Source: Rhizobium phage AF3 | Length of the DNA: 24,000 nt | Strand: one strand, 5' to 3' | Sequence record: MT778837.1 | In this document: positions 23,697-24,000 of the stretch, piece after piece | Position numbering within the stretch: position 1 is the stretch's first letter | Layout: each line of letters begins with the position of its first letter | Notes under the pieces: model-generated | Seen by the model: only the letters and a program-made list of their open reading frames with translations | Database searches by the model: none | Told to the model about the DNA's origin: nothing | Translations under genes and position numbers: made by a program

Positions 23697-24000
23697 GCAC
23701 TCCGTTCGACTTTGTGAAGTCCGCTTCGTCTTCGATCGAGAACGAACTCCTCAACGGGAAGCTTGATCCGAAAGGAATGAGCTCCTTCGTCTTCCTCAGA
23801 GCACTCGCGAGTTTCGAAGACACTGTGATGTTCGCTGACGAGATCAACGTTCACTCCGGTATGCCTGCTCGATACGTCTACCACTCGATGCATGCACTGA
23901 TCCAGCCGAAGAGAAATCGGTTCAGCAAGTGGATCAAGCCTGTTGAAGAGTTCGACAAGAAGGCAATCGCTCGTGTCATCGATATCTTCGAGGTGTCTCT
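23693..24000 (+). CDS. 62: Clamp loader small subunit, gp62-like (truncated by window)
   Basis: ATG 23693 overlaps the gp44 stop; open to the window end; QPKRNRFSKWIKPVE resembles gp62; syntenic. Confidence 0.75.
   Translation, partial: MSTPFDFVKSASSSIENELLNGKLDPKGMSSFVFLRALASFEDTVMFADEINVHSGMPARYVYHSMHALIQPKRNRFSKWIKPVEEFDKKAIARVIDIFEVS

Noticed and set aside
1-24000. tRNA genes, CRISPR arrays, transposases, homing endonucleases or introns
   Set aside because: No cloverleaf-like, spaced-repeat or insertion-element signals were recognised by eye, and coding density leaves little room. A tRNAscan/Infernal run would settle tRNAs.

Overview
This window is a contiguous, densely packed stretch of a T4-superfamily (Straboviridae-like or distant T4-like) myovirus genome. 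Every supportable gene is on the + strand, mostly with 1-10 nt spacing or ATGA/TAATG overlaps. From the left: a baseplate tail (gp48-like, gp53-like), then UvsX recombinase, gp41/DnaB-like helicase, a RuvC/RNase H-fold resolvase candidate, an HD hydrolase, gp1-like dNMP kinase, a MazG-like NTP-PPase, a thymidylate synthase/dCMP hydroxymethylase-family protein, an unassigned ~343 aa possible GT-B protein, a second P-loop kinase, an unsplit topoisomerase II large subunit, and topo II medium subunit (gp52-like). After these come a block of small membrane proteins, then late sigma factor gp55-like, gp47-like, gp46-like, sliding clamp gp45, clamp loader gp44 and the start of gp62. The most interesting points are: (1) a membrane block (16159-18313) with a MotA/TolQ/ExbB-like protein directly coupled to an ExbD/TolR/MotB-topology protein with a non-canonical extracytoplasmic domain; (2) a gp47/Mre11-family protein that has lost most metal-binding motifs, paired with a gp46/Rad50-like protein lacking the usual switch-histidine motif; (3) a possible nucleotide/DNA hypermodification cluster (6269-10417), including a TS-family enzyme with Asp at the dUMP/dCMP discriminating position; (4) recurring intergenic AACGTTTC / CGTTnTGATA motifs, often inside inverted repeats that overlap ribosome-binding sites; (5) heavy use of TTG starts, even for core replication genes; (6) a likely lost stop or frameshift at 13640/14001. 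Host and taxonomy cannot be settled from this window alone. Family assignments come from motif recognition, with no database search.
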